This document shows positions 50,063 to 60,338 of a DNA stretch of 64,000 nucleotides, piece after piece (position 1 is the first letter of the stretch; every line of letters starts with the position of its first letter). Below the pieces are notes generated by a model. The model was not told the origin of the DNA. It saw only the letters and a program-made list of their open reading frames with translations, and searched no databases. The DNA comes from an uncultured Gemmatimonadales bacterium (GTDB lineage Bacteria; Gemmatimonadota; Gemmatimonadetes; Gemmatimonadales; Gemmatimonadaceae): positions 3,840,001-3,904,000 of the forward strand of contig OY969695.1 in assembly GCA_963701965.1 (NCBI GenBank). Direction: 5' to 3'. Position numbers and translations under genes: made by a program.

Positions 50063-53000
50063 ATGTCTCCCGCCCCCCGCCGTCGCGTCGTCGTCGCGCT
50101 GAGCGCGCTCGTCCTGCTCGTCATCGGGCTGGCCGTCGTCGGGTCGGCGGTCTGGATGACGCAGACGGACTGGGGCCGGGCGCGCATTCGGGCGTTTCTG
50201 GTCGCGCGCCTGGCGTCGGTGGTCCACGGCCGCCTGTACGTGGGGCGGCTCGGCGGCAATCTGCTCACCGAGGTGACCATCGACTCGATCGATCTCCGGG
50301 ATCGAGAAGGCCGGCCGTTCATTTCGACCGGCCCCCTGACCGTACGGTTCGATCCCCGCGACCTGGTCGACCAGCGCATTCTGTTGCAGCACGTCGATGT
50401 CTCCCACCCCGTCGTCCACATCGTCAATTACCGGGGCACGGGCTGGAACTACCGGGACATCTTCGGACCCGGCAGCAACCGGCGGCGTTCGTTGACCCAT
50501 GTGCGCGGGTTCGGCGACTACATCGTCTTCCGCGATGTCACCGTCCGCGATGCATCGATCGAGTACGCGGAACCGTGGCAGCCAGACGACTCGCTCCGTG
50601 GCGCCAGGAGGGACAGCGTCATCGCGGTTGAGCTGGCCAAGCCCGACAGTGGTGTGCGGCGGTGGACGGACGGCTTGAAGCACAGCTTTCGTTGGCGCCA
50701 CAGCGACCTCAAGGCCCACTACGTGCGCCTGGCCGACCCGGACTCGGTGGGCCTGGCGTTCGGTATCGACGAGGTGTCGACGGATGAATCCGAGCCGCGG
50801 TTCAAGTTTCGCCATGTGCGGGGCACGGCGCGCGTGCGCGGCGATTCGCTCTGGCTGGAATTCCCGCATTTCGAGCTGCCGGGCAGCGCCGGACGGGCGG
50901 CGGGGCGCCTCGTGTTCGGCAATAACCTGCCCGTCCGGATCGCGATGCACGCGGTCGCCGACACGGCGTCGCTGAACGACATCGCCTGGGTCTATCCCAC
51001 GCTGCCCACGACGGGCGGCGGGTCGGCCACCGTCGACATCAAGACCGAGCGCGACCCGCACTTCATCGATTACGAGCTGTCGAAGATGGATGTCAGCACG
51101 ACGCGATCGCGCGTGCGCGGGACGATGACCTTCGTCGTGGGCGGACCGGTGCTGGCCGTGCGCAACCTGAACGTCCGCGCCATGCCGCTCGACTTCCTGT
51201 TCATCAGGACGCTGGCCGGGACGCCGTTTCCCGTCGACTACGCGGGGGCGTTCACCGGCATCGTGCACGCGCGGGGTGGGCCGCTGAACCAGTTTCAGGC
51301 GGACACGGTCCGCCTGACGTTCGACGACGCCCACGTGCCCGGTGCCCAATCCCGATTCTTCGGCAGTGGGTTGTTGGACATCCACGATCCGCAGGTCACG
51401 CGGTTCCACGGCTTCCATCTCGAGTTTCAGCGGCTCGATCTCCGGACCCTCCAGTTTCTCTATCCGGATTTCCCCCGGCTCAATGGCACGGTCGCCGGTC
51501 ACGCCACGCTCGACTCGCTGTGGGACGACGTGCGCGTCCGCGATGCTGACCTGACGCAGACCGACGGGCCCGATGAGCCGACACGGGCCACGGGCGGCGG
51601 GCGCGTGACCTTCGCCGACACGACGGTCACCTACGATCTGGCGCTCGTCTTCTCCCGGCTCTCGTTCGCGACGCTCGGGCGATCCTATCCCGGGGTCTGG
51701 TTCCGGGGCGCGTTCACCGGACCGCTGCGGATGAAGGGCACGATGGACAATCTCGATCTCTCGGCGAACCTCACCAGCGACGCGGGAGCGGTGAGCACGA
51801 CCGGTCACTTCAATCTCGCGGGTCCCATTTTCGTGGCCCGGGGCACGGCGTCCTTCGTCGACGCCGATCTGTCATCGTTGCCCGCCCGCGACGGTCTCCT
51901 CGCGAGTGACCTCACGGTGACGGCGCAGGGGGATTTGACGGGCACGTCGCTGGCCGATCTTGCCGGCACGATGGCCCTGACGGTCGGCCGCTCGCTGGTC
52001 GACAGCGTGTCCGTGGATACGGGCCGGGTGTCGCTGGCGTTCGCCGGAGGCGCCGTGCGCATCGACTCGCTCCACGCGCAGACGGCCTTGGCGAACGTCG
52101 ACGGCGAGGGCGCCCTCGGCCTGGTGACCGGTCACGACGACTCGCTGGCGTTCCGGGCGTCGTTCGACTCCCTCGGCGCGCTGAAACGGTATCTGGAGGG
52201 CGATACGGTTGCCGGCACGGCGACGGTGACCGGTATCATCGGGGGATGGCTGGACTCTCTCGCGGCGCGTGGCCGCATCAATGCCATCGGTCTCCGCTAC
52301 GGCCGAAACCACGTCAATGACGCCCGGGCCACGTTCGACGTGAGCGACATGCCGCGACACGCCACCGGCACCGTCACGCTCTCGCTCGATACGCTGCGCC
52401 TGTCCGGTATCGCGTTGCAACAAGTGCAGGGGGAGGCCCGGATCGCCCATGGCAAGGAGACGCGGGCCACGCTCCACGCCACCAGCCAGAGCGGTCCCAC
52501 CGCCGACGCGGGTTTCGCCGTGTTCGTGGGACGCGACACCACCGACGTCATCGTCGACTCCCTGGCCCTGCGCACGCCCGGCAACGACTGGCACCTCGAT
52601 CACCCGGCCCGCGTTCGCACGGGGCGATTTGGGCTCATCCTCGACTCGGCCACCGCGCGCGGCGCGGTCGCCGGTTGGATCGCGGCCCGGGCCAACCTGC
52701 CGCGCGTGGGCGCGATCGCGGTGCACTTCGGCGGCGACAGCATCCCGCTGGCCGACCTCGGCGCGCTGGCCCAATCGCTCGACCAAGCGGGAGGCGCGGC
52801 CGCGTTCAATGTCGACATCGCCGCCACGCGCGCCAATCCCATCATGAAGTTCACCGCGCAACTGACCGGCGCCCGGTTGGGCAATGTGGCGATCGACCAG
52901 GTCCGCGCCGAGGGCGGATACCAGAGCAAGCAGTTGAGCGTCCACACCGATTTCGTCCAGCGCGGTGACACGGCGCTGCACGCCGCCCTCGCCCTGCCGC

Positions 53001-54574
53001 TGGACCTGGCGCTCGAGCCCATCGCCGACCGCTTGCTCGACCAGCCCCTGGGCGGCGCGCTCCGGTCCGACAGCACCAAACTGTCGACGATCCTGGCCGT
53101 CTTTCCCACCGTCCGCAGCACCGGTGGGGCGTTCTCCACCAACATCGCGCTGGGCGGCACCTGGCGGCACCCGACGCTCGACGGCCGGATCCGCGTCATG
53201 GACGGCGAAGTGGGCATGTCGAATCTCGGCGTGCGCTGGGTCGGCGTGAACGCCGACCTGGGCCTCGTAGGTGACAGTCTCTCCCTCAGGCACGTGGTCA
53301 TCGGTACCGAGGAAGGAGACCGCCGCGGCGCCGCGACGCTCGGCGGATGGATCACCTTCGCCGATCTGCTCAACCCCCAGTTCAACCTGTGGCTCCGCGC
53401 CGACCACTTTCACGCGATCGACCTGCCGCGGCTGGCCAACCTGACCTTGTCCACGAAGAGCGCCGCCGATCGCCCCGACACGTTGCGGATCATCGGGTCC
53501 GAGCAGGAGTCGGTGCTCACCGGCAAGGTGCTCGTGGACCACGGCAGCATCTTCCTGCCCGACTTCAACCGGAAACAAGTGGTCAATCTCGACGACCCGG
53601 AGTTCTACAACCTGGTCGACACGTCGCTTATCGTGAACCGCCGGCTCTTGCCCAACGGCCCGCCACGCCTCGTCGCCGGTTTGTCGTTGAACAACGCGTC
53701 GATCGACCTGGGCGCCGATACCTGGCTCAAGTCGACGGAGGCGAACATCAACCTGAACGGCCGGGTCGAAGTCACCACCGCCCGGCTCGCGCGCGATACG
53801 ACGAAGGCGTTGGCCCTGACCGGGACGGTGAGCGCGACCCGCGGATCCTACGTGTTGAACCTCGGGCTCGTGCAACGCACGTTCACGGTGGAGCAACCGG
53901 GCACTATCACGTTCAGCGGCGAGCCGGAATTCAATCCGGCGCTCGATATTTCCGCCGTCAACATCGTCCACCCGTCGGGGCAAAGCCAGCAGTACGTCCG
54001 GCCGGAAGTGCGCGTCCAAGTGCATCTGGGCGGGACGTTGGACCACCTGGCGTTGTCTCTGTACAGTCAGGACAGCTTGCCGCAGTCGGATCTGATCAGT
54101 TACCTCGTGAGCGGCGTGCCGTCGTATGAGCTGAACCAGGCGAATAGCGGGGCGCTGGCGACGTCGATCGTGCTGCCGACGATCGGGTCGGCGGTCGGGA
54201 GTCGCCTCACGGGTGGATTGTTCGATACGTTTCAGGTGGAGACGTTTGGCGGACAGTATCAGTACAGCCAGAACCGGACCGACCTCACCTCCGCTTTTTC
54301 ACAAGCCCGCTTCGGCGCGGGCAAGCGCGTGGGCCCCGGCACATTCATCAGCGCGGACTATGGATTCTGCTCCAACGCTGGCGGAGGGGGCGCGAACCCG
54401 GGCTACCAGCTCGGCGTGCGCATCGATCAACAATTGACTCGACAGCTGTCGTTGTCCGCTGCATCCTCTCCGGCGACCACCTACGCGTACTGCACGGGGT
54501 CGAACGTGATTTCCGGGTTTGTGCCCACGCCTCGCCAGTACGGTCTCGATCTCTTTCGGTCCTGGAGCTTCTAG
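50063..54574 (+). CDS. tamB: TamB/AsmA-like translocation-assembly protein
   Basis: 1503 aa, N-terminal TM anchor, beta-rich body, C-terminal DUF490-like region (FSGEPEFNPALDISA, LPQSDLISYL). Confidence 0.82.
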   Translation: MSPAPRRRVVVALSALVLLVIGLAVVGSAVWMTQTDWGRARIRAFLVARLASVVHGRLYVGRLGGNLLTEVTIDSIDLRDREGRPFISTGPLTVRFDPRDLVDQRILLQHVDVSHPVVHIVNYRGTGWNYRDIFGPGSNRRRSLTHVRGFGDYIVFRDVTVRDASIEYAEPWQPDDSLRGARRDSVIAVELAKPDSGVRRWTDGLKHSFRWRHSDLKAHYVRLADPDSVGLAFGIDEVSTDESEPRFKFRHVRGTARVRGDSLWLEFPHFELPGSAGRAAGRLVFGNNLPVRIAMHAVADTASLNDIAWVYPTLPTTGGGSATVDIKTERDPHFIDYELSKMDVSTTRSRVRGTMTFVVGGPVLAVRNLNVRAMPLDFLFIRTLAGTPFPVDYAGAFTGIVHARGGPLNQFQADTVRLTFDDAHVPGAQSRFFGSGLLDIHDPQVTRFHGFHLEFQRLDLRTLQFLYPDFPRLNGTVAGHATLDSLWDDVRVRDADLTQTDGPDEPTRATGGGRVTFADTTVTYDLALVFSRLSFATLGRSYPGVWFRGAFTGPLRMKGTMDNLDLSANLTSDAGAVSTTGHFNLAGPIFVARGTASFVDADLSSLPARDGLLASDLTVTAQGDLTGTSLADLAGTMALTVGRSLVDSVSVDTGRVSLAFAGGAVRIDSLHAQTALANVDGEGALGLVTGHDDSLAFRASFDSLGALKRYLEGDTVAGTATVTGIIGGWLDSLAARGRINAIGLRYGRNHVNDARATFDVSDMPRHATGTVTLSLDTLRLSGIALQQVQGEARIAHGKETRATLHATSQSGPTADAGFAVFVGRDTTDVIVDSLALRTPGNDWHLDHPARVRTGRFGLILDSATARGAVAGWIAARANLPRVGAIAVHFGGDSIPLADLGALAQSLDQAGGAAAFNVDIAATRANPIMKFTAQLTGARLGNVAIDQVRAEGGYQSKQLSVHTDFVQRGDTALHAALALPLDLALEPIADRLLDQPLGGALRSDSTKLSTILAVFPTVRSTGGAFSTNIALGGTWRHPTLDGRIRVMDGEVGMSNLGVRWVGVNADLGLVGDSLSLRHVVIGTEEGDRRGAATLGGWITFADLLNPQFNLWLRADHFHAIDLPRLANLTLSTKSAADRPDTLRIIGSEQESVLTGKVLVDHGSIFLPDFNRKQVVNLDDPEFYNLVDTSLIVNRRLLPNGPPRLVAGLSLNNASIDLGADTWLKSTEANINLNGRVEVTTARLARDTTKALALTGTVSATRGSYVLNLGLVQRTFTVEQPGTITFSGEPEFNPALDISAVNIVHPSGQSQQYVRPEVRVQVHLGGTLDHLALSLYSQDSLPQSDLISYLVSGVPSYELNQANSGALATSIVLPTIGSAVGSRLTGGLFDTFQVETFGGQYQYSQNRTDLTSAFSQARFGAGKRVGPGTFISADYGFCSNAGGGGANPGYQLGVRIDQQLTRQLSLSAASSPATTYAYCTGSNVISGFVPTPRQYGLDLFRSWSF

Positions 54575-54575
54575 C

Positions 54576-55484
54576 GTGACCGCGATCTGCTTCCCCGGCG
54601 TCCGCCGCCGGGCCCTGATGGTGGTCAACCCGGCGTCCCGCCTGGGCTCGCGCTATCAACGCGCGGCGCTGGCGGCGTTTCGCCGGGCCGGGGTGCGGTG
54701 CGACGCCGTGCTCACGGAGCACCAGGGGCAGGGCGCGGAAATCGCCACGTCGCTGGCGCCCAAGTACGATCTGGTGTTCACGCTGGGCGGGGATGGCACC
54801 GCCATGGAGGTCGTCGGGGCGCTGGCCGGCACCGGCCAGCCGATCGGCATCCTGCCGGGCGGCACCGGGAACCTCATCGCCCGGACGCTCGGGATCCCGC
54901 TGAACGTGAGACGGGCGGTCAGCGTCCTGCTGACCGGCGAGGAAACGCGGGTCGATCTCGGGCGCCTGTCGGCTGGGCGGCACTTCGCGTTCGCGGCAGG
55001 GGTGGGGGTGGACGCCTCCATGATCGCCGAGGCCTCATCGAGCCTCAAGCGCCACATCGGGGTCCTGGCCTACGTCATCAGCTGGTCCCGGGCCGCCCTG
55101 CGGCGCGACCTGTTCCGGGTCCGGATCACAGTCGACGGGGAGATCGTGGAGCGGGAGGCGACGTCGGTCATGGTCGCCAACTTCGGGGCGGTCCTCAACG
55201 ACCTGATGACCTTAGGGCCGGGAATCCGGCCAGATGACGCAAAGCTGGACTTGTGCGTCTTCTCTCCATACACCGTCGGGGACGCCGTACGCATCGCCTG
55301 GAAGCTTCTTCGCAAGGACTTTGGATCCGACCCGTGCATGCTCTACCGCGCGGGGCGGCACTTCCGTATCGAAACGTTGCCGCCGCGCGTCGCGCAGGCG
55401 GACGGGGAGTTGCTGGGACAAACGCCCTTCGAGATCTGCGTGGAACCGCTCGCGGCCCAGTTGCTGATTCCCCGACGCACGTGA
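54576..55484 (+). CDS. Diacylglycerol/lipid kinase family protein (YegS/DgkB-like)
   Basis: VNPAS, GGDGT, LPGGTGN, DLG, GVGVDA, QADGE. Confidence 0.9.
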   Translation: MTAICFPGVRRRALMVVNPASRLGSRYQRAALAAFRRAGVRCDAVLTEHQGQGAEIATSLAPKYDLVFTLGGDGTAMEVVGALAGTGQPIGILPGGTGNLIARTLGIPLNVRRAVSVLLTGEETRVDLGRLSAGRHFAFAAGVGVDASMIAEASSSLKRHIGVLAYVISWSRAALRRDLFRVRITVDGEIVEREATSVMVANFGAVLNDLMTLGPGIRPDDAKLDLCVFSPYTVGDAVRIAWKLLRKDFGSDPCMLYRAGRHFRIETLPPRVAQADGELLGQTPFEICVEPLAAQLLIPRRT

Positions 55485-55491
55485 TCGGCTA

Positions 55492-56832
55492 ATGGCCAGC
55501 GTGCTCATCGTCGACGACGAGCCGGCGATCACGGCGACGCTCGGAACGTTTTTCGAGCGCGTCGGTGGGCACGCCGTCACCAAGGCCCACTCCGGCGAAG
55601 AGGGCTTGACGCTGTTCCGCCGCCTGCGTCCGGATCTGGTCCTGCTCGACGTGCGGCTGCCGGACATGACGGGCTTCGACGTCCTCGACAAGATCCGGGA
55701 CGAAAACGGCACCGTCATCATGATTACGGCGTACGGCGACGTGCCGTTGGCGGTGCAGGCAATGCAGAACGGCGCCGAAAACTTTCTCACGAAGCCGGTG
55801 GAGCTGGCGCATCTGGGCGCCGCGGCCGAGCGGGCATTCGAGAAGTCGCGGCTCCGGCAGATGAACCGGTACCTGGCCGAGCGGCGCGGTGGCGCGTCCT
55901 CGGCGCGCGTGCTGCTGGGGTCCTCGCCCCCGATGGCGGAGCTGGGGAACCAGCTCGAGATGCTGGCCCTGAGCGACAAGACGACCGTGTTGCTGATCGG
56001 CGAGAGCGGGGCCGGGAAGGGCCGCGTCGCCGAACTGATTCACGCCCGGAGTCCGCGGGCGGGGCGACCGTTCATCGAAGTCAATTGCGCGGCCCTTACC
56101 GCCGACACGCTCGACAACGAGTTGTTCGGCCTGCAGAACCCGAACGAAGATCACGGCGCACCCAAGCCCGGCCTCTTCGAGGTGTCGGATGGCGGGTCGC
56201 TCTTTCTCGACGAGATCGGCGATCTGGCGCCGGCGTTGCAGCCGAAGCTGCTCCGCGTGCTGGAGGGCAAAACCTTCCGCCGGGTCGGCGGCACGCAGGA
56301 GATCTTCGCCGACGTCCGGTTGATCGCGGCCACGTCCAAGGACCTGGTCAATGAAGTGACCGCAGGCACGTTCCGCGAAGATCTCTACTACCGGCTCAGC
56401 GTCATGCCGGTGTATCTGCCGCCGCTCCGCGCGCGGTCGCGCGAGGATCTGATCGAGCTGATCGCGCACGTGCTCGATGAGTTGCGCGCCGCGCTGCCCG
56501 ATGCGCCGCCCCAGATCGGCGACGCGGCCCTCGACCGCATGCTGCGCTATCCCTGGCCGGGCAACATTCGGGAACTGCGCAACGTGCTGGAGCGGGCGAC
56601 GATCGTCTCCCGCGGCGCGCCGGAAATCGGCCCCGAGCACCTCCCGGCGGACGTGCGGGATGCCACCGGGATCGGGGTCGAGCACCACGTGCCCAAGTCC
56701 CTCGACGAGGTCGAGCGCACGCATATCGAGCGGACGCTCCGGGTCCACGCGGGGAATCGCACGCACGCCGCGCGCGAGCTGGGCATCTCGCGGGCGACGT
56801 TGATCAAGAAGATCAGGACGTACGGGCTGTGA
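55492..56832 (+). CDS. NtrC-family response regulator lacking GAFTGA
   Basis: REC, GESGAGKG, LFLDEIG, FREDLYYRL, WPGNIRELRN, HTH. Loop 1 reads ELFGLQNPNEDHGAPKPGLFE. Confidence 0.9.
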   Translation: MASVLIVDDEPAITATLGTFFERVGGHAVTKAHSGEEGLTLFRRLRPDLVLLDVRLPDMTGFDVLDKIRDENGTVIMITAYGDVPLAVQAMQNGAENFLTKPVELAHLGAAAERAFEKSRLRQMNRYLAERRGGASSARVLLGSSPPMAELGNQLEMLALSDKTTVLLIGESGAGKGRVAELIHARSPRAGRPFIEVNCAALTADTLDNELFGLQNPNEDHGAPKPGLFEVSDGGSLFLDEIGDLAPALQPKLLRVLEGKTFRRVGGTQEIFADVRLIAATSKDLVNEVTAGTFREDLYYRLSVMPVYLPPLRARSREDLIELIAHVLDELRAALPDAPPQIGDAALDRMLRYPWPGNIRELRNVLERATIVSRGAPEIGPEHLPADVRDATGIGVEHHVPKSLDEVERTHIERTLRVHAGNRTHAARELGISRATLIKKIRTYGL

Positions 56833-57014
56833 ACGAAACCCACGCCCACGAGCGCGACGCCATGGTGTGCCGTCGCTGCGGAAAAGAGGAGCGGGCCTCC
56901 GAAGGCTATCCCTGCCAATCCTGCGGCACGTTTCTGTGCTTGATCTGTAGCTTCCGCGGCTACCAGTACTGCACGCGCTGCGAGCAACGGCAAAGCGCTC
57001 CGCCGAACCCATGA
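56829..57014 (+). CDS. Small Cys-rich protein (four CxxC)
   Basis: CRRC, CQSC, CLIC and CTRC in 61 aa. GTGA and ATGA overlaps with both neighbours. Confidence 0.7.
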   Translation: MNETHAHERDAMVCRRCGKEERASEGYPCQSCGTFLCLICSFRGYQYCTRCEQRQSAPPNP

Positions 57015-57757
57015 CCCTCCGGGTCCGCTCGGCGATCGCGCCGTTGCTGGCCGAGCCCCGTATCAGTAGCGAGCAGATCTCCCAGCGGCTGTTCGGTCAT
57101 CCCCTTACCGCGCTGGAGTCGCGCGGCGACTATGTGCGCGTGCGGGGCGGCGACGGGTACGAGGGGTGGACTCATCAGGGATATCTCGTCGAGACCCGCG
57201 ACGCCGGGTGGCGCCTGGGCCTCGGCTGCACGGTCGCTGACGCGACCGGTGCCCTCGTGCCGCTCCCACTGGGTGCGCTGATCCCTTCGCAAATGCCGAT
57301 CATAGATGGCGGCGTTCTGACGGGTGAAGAGCGTGGAGCCGCCTTTCCGGCGACGGGTGCGGCCGTGACGCGAACGGCGCGAAGCGCTTTCGCGGGCACC
57401 ACCTACCAATGGGGCGGCGTCTCACCCTGGGGCGCCGACTGCTCGGGCTTCGTGCAGACGGTATTCTGGCTCCACGGCCTCGACCTGCCGCGCGACGCCT
57501 GGCAACAAGCCCTCACGGGCATCCCGGCGGCGCCACCTTATGCCCCGGCCGATCTCCTCTTTTTCTCCGAACGCGAGGACCGCCGCCCCACGCACGTCGG
57601 CATCGCGCTCGCCGACGGGTTCATGGCCCACGTCGCCGTCGGCCGCGGCGGCCACGCGATCGATCGTCTGGACGATCGCGACCCGTACGTCGCGTCGTTG
57701 ATGGCGCGCCTCGTCGGCGCGCGCACCGTTATGACATCATCCCGCGTGCCGGGATGA
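57011..57757 (+). CDS. SH3b + NlpC/P60 (C40) peptidase, YkfC-like
   Basis: DGYEGW, YQWGG, GADCSGFVQ, LPRDA, HVGI. Confidence 0.88.
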   Translation: MTLRVRSAIAPLLAEPRISSEQISQRLFGHPLTALESRGDYVRVRGGDGYEGWTHQGYLVETRDAGWRLGLGCTVADATGALVPLPLGALIPSQMPIIDGGVLTGEERGAAFPATGAAVTRTARSAFAGTTYQWGGVSPWGADCSGFVQTVFWLHGLDLPRDAWQQALTGIPAAPPYAPADLLFFSEREDRRPTHVGIALADGFMAHVAVGRGGHAIDRLDDRDPYVASLMARLVGARTVMTSSRVPG

Positions 57758-58157
57758 GCGGGCCTTGCACGACGCCGTTGACCTGCACGGCGGCCTCCGC
57801 GGTCGGCTGCCCATCCAGCGCGACGGCCATCGTGTAACGGCCCGGCACATCAATGGGCAGGTCGAGCTGCGCGATGAGCGGCAGGTCCATATCCGATGCG
57901 CCTTGCGGTGCCTCCGCGATCTTGATCTCGCCCGTCGAGGCCCACAGCTCGTTCCCCTGGGGATTGAGCCACCGGAGCCCCATGGTGTGCGTCCCCGCGT
58001 CGCTGCGGCCCCCCTTGAGCCGCACCACGAGCGTCGCGCGCGGATGGACGGTCGGCATCGACGTGACGTGGACGGCGTCGAAGACGCCCAGGATGTTGAG
58101 CTTCCCTTCCTGGGACAGGTTCGCCGCGTCGGCGAAGAGCGCAAAGGAGACGTGCAT
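57729..58157 (-). CDS. Conserved hypothetical protein (DUF6941-like)
   Basis: ADAANLSQEGKLNILGVFD, PGRY. Confidence 0.65.
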   Translation of the reverse strand: MHVSFALFADAANLSQEGKLNILGVFDAVHVTSMPTVHPRATLVVRLKGGRSDAGTHTMGLRWLNPQGNELWASTGEIKIAEAPQGASDMDLPLIAQLDLPIDVPGRYTMAVALDGQPTAEAAVQVNGVVQGPLIPARGMMS

Positions 58158-58200
58158 AGGGTAACTTAGCGAGCGCGGGCCGCCGCGCCGCTACCGCCTG

Positions 58201-60327
58201 CTATTGGGTCGCGTGCGAGATCGACTCTTCCAACGCCGCGATCTTCTGGGCGAGGGCGTCGAGGCGCTGGTCCACGGGCGAAACCGGCACCACCGTGGGC
58301 AGCTGCACCGACCGCTTGGGCCAGAATGTCCGGGCCAGCGCGAACGCCAGGAGGCCCAGGAGGACGAGCTGGGCCAGCAGCGTCTCGACGCTGTTGAAGA
58401 TTCCCATGGCCTCGACGTTGGGAAATCCCGGCAGCAGCGTGATGGGGACGGCGCCGCCCTCCTGCAGCTCGCGAATGCCTTTGCCCGCGAACACGAACGC
58501 CATGTAGTACAGGAGCGCGCTGGTCACGGTGAAAAACGGCCGCAGCGGAATGCGCACGCCAAAGCGATAGAACAACGTGAAGATGACCGCCAATGCCGCG
58601 AAGCCGACGACGATGCCCAGCGACAGCGGCAGCGCGAGATGGGCGCCCTCGCTGAACAGCGCCTGGTAGAACAGCGCGGTCTCCGCGCCCTCGCGATAGA
58701 CGGCGAGAAACGCGACGAACGCCAACGCCGTGCCGCCGCCCTGCGCCAGCGCCGTGGTCACCTTTTCCTTGATGAACTGCTGCCACTTGGCCGCTTCCAC
58801 CTTCGAGATCAGCCAGTAGCTCACCGAGAAGAGCACGGCCACGGCCACGAGCAGCGTAGCCCCCTCAATGATCTCGCTGCTCGCGGGCAGTGCGCGGAGG
58901 ACCGTGGCCAGGACGATGGCGGTGACGCCACTGGCCGCCAGTGCCAGGGCCGTGCCCACCCAGATCGAGCGCAACCGGTCCTGGTGGCCGGTCTTGATCA
59001 GGAACGCCACGACGGCGCCGACGACCAGAATCGCCTCGAACCCTTCGCGCAGGATGATGAGAAACGACTGGAGGAACGCGCTCCATCCGCCCGCCGTCGG
59101 TTGATTCAACGCCATCACGGCCGGCAACCCCACTTCGATCGCATCGTGCGCCCGCTCCGCGGCGCGCAGATCGCTCGACGTCACGGCGCCCTTGAAGTCG
59201 GCGAAATGCCGCTCCATCGTCGACACGAGCCCCGGGTTCTTCGCCCGCGCCGTCGTCTCCAACGGCTCGAACGCGAGATAGGCGTCGAACGCACGGTCGG
59301 TCGCGTCCTGCGCGCGCCCACCGCGGGCATCGACCAGGGACTGGTTGACGAGCGACATCACGCGGGCCGCCGCCGGCGCCACCGCCGAGTCGCCCGGTTC
59401 ACCGCCGCGCGTCGACACGGAACGCAGAAACGCGACGACGTTCATCGCTTGCTCGGGCGTCAGATCGCGCGACGGCGGCATCGCGGTGCCCGGCACGCCA
59501 TCGCGGATGGCCGCGACCAGCGCCGAGTCGCTCTTCTCCGCCTGCCAGGGGAACGTGCCGATGGCCGGCGGGACGTGCGACAGATTGTGCGTGTACTGTG
59601 CGCCGTCGGCGCCCGTCGGGCCGTGACACGAGGCGCACCGTTGAAAATAGAGACCCTCGCCTTCGGCGCGCTGCGCATCGCTATGGCGGAGCGATGACAG
59701 ATACGCGATCGCGTTCCACCGCTGATCCGCCGTGAGGGTCGCGCTCCACGCCGGCATTGCCGTGCCCCGCACGCCGACGGAGACGACGCGGAACGTCAGC
59801 GCGGGACTCACGCCGGCCATCGCGGTCTCGGTGCCGATCGCCGGCGGACGATCGGCCGCCGGCATGCCGCGAGCGGCCGGCCCGTCGCCCAGTCCGCGCG
59901 TGCCGTGACACGACGTGCAGTTGTGCGCATACACCAATGCACCCGCCGCCACGTTGATCGGATGCACGGGCAGATCGAGGGCGCCTTCGCTCCCCAGGGC
60001 CGCGTTGAACCGCACGCCGATCGCCGCGAGCTCGGCCGGCGCGCGATTGGCTTGGGCCGCGATGAGCAGGGTGTCGATCAGTGCCGCCGCCTTCGTCGCC
60101 CGGTCGCCGGAGAGCCGGCCGGCGACGTCCTTGGCATCGCGCAAGAACCCGACAGACTCCTCATGCTCCTGCGCCGCAATCAGTCTCCCCTGCGCGTCCA
60201 CACCCTTGCCGTACTCACCGATCGCGACCCCGACAATGTTCGCGAGCCGCTTGGCAGGCTCTTCCTGTGCGCGGGCGGTGATGGCGACAAATAGCGCGAC
60301 AAATACGAGACGGGCAGACATTTGCAT
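58201..60327 (-). CDS. Cytochrome c / FTR1 family iron permease
   Basis: Two heme motifs (CTSCH, CASCH), each with GTAMP. FTR1 motifs REGFE and REGAE. Confidence 0.9.
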   Translation of the reverse strand: MQMSARLVFVALFVAITARAQEEPAKRLANIVGVAIGEYGKGVDAQGRLIAAQEHEESVGFLRDAKDVAGRLSGDRATKAAALIDTLLIAAQANRAPAELAAIGVRFNAALGSEGALDLPVHPINVAAGALVYAHNCTSCHGTRGLGDGPAARGMPAADRPPAIGTETAMAGVSPALTFRVVSVGVRGTAMPAWSATLTADQRWNAIAYLSSLRHSDAQRAEGEGLYFQRCASCHGPTGADGAQYTHNLSHVPPAIGTFPWQAEKSDSALVAAIRDGVPGTAMPPSRDLTPEQAMNVVAFLRSVSTRGGEPGDSAVAPAAARVMSLVNQSLVDARGGRAQDATDRAFDAYLAFEPLETTARAKNPGLVSTMERHFADFKGAVTSSDLRAAERAHDAIEVGLPAVMALNQPTAGGWSAFLQSFLIILREGFEAILVVGAVVAFLIKTGHQDRLRSIWVGTALALAASGVTAIVLATVLRALPASSEIIEGATLLVAVAVLFSVSYWLISKVEAAKWQQFIKEKVTTALAQGGGTALAFVAFLAVYREGAETALFYQALFSEGAHLALPLSLGIVVGFAALAVIFTLFYRFGVRIPLRPFFTVTSALLYYMAFVFAGKGIRELQEGGAVPITLLPGFPNVEAMGIFNSVETLLAQLVLLGLLAFALARTFWPKRSVQLPTVVPVSPVDQRLDALAQKIAALEESISHATQ

Positions 60328-60338
60328 TCCGAACGAAT

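Noticed and set aside
10869..57757. Several convergent 3' overlaps (gltA/GT2, GT-C/mutY, cysK/VWA, MFS/CMK-like, NlpC/DUF6941-like)
   Set aside because: Overlaps of 8-47 bp are common in compact GC-rich genomes, and there is no further evidence of function.
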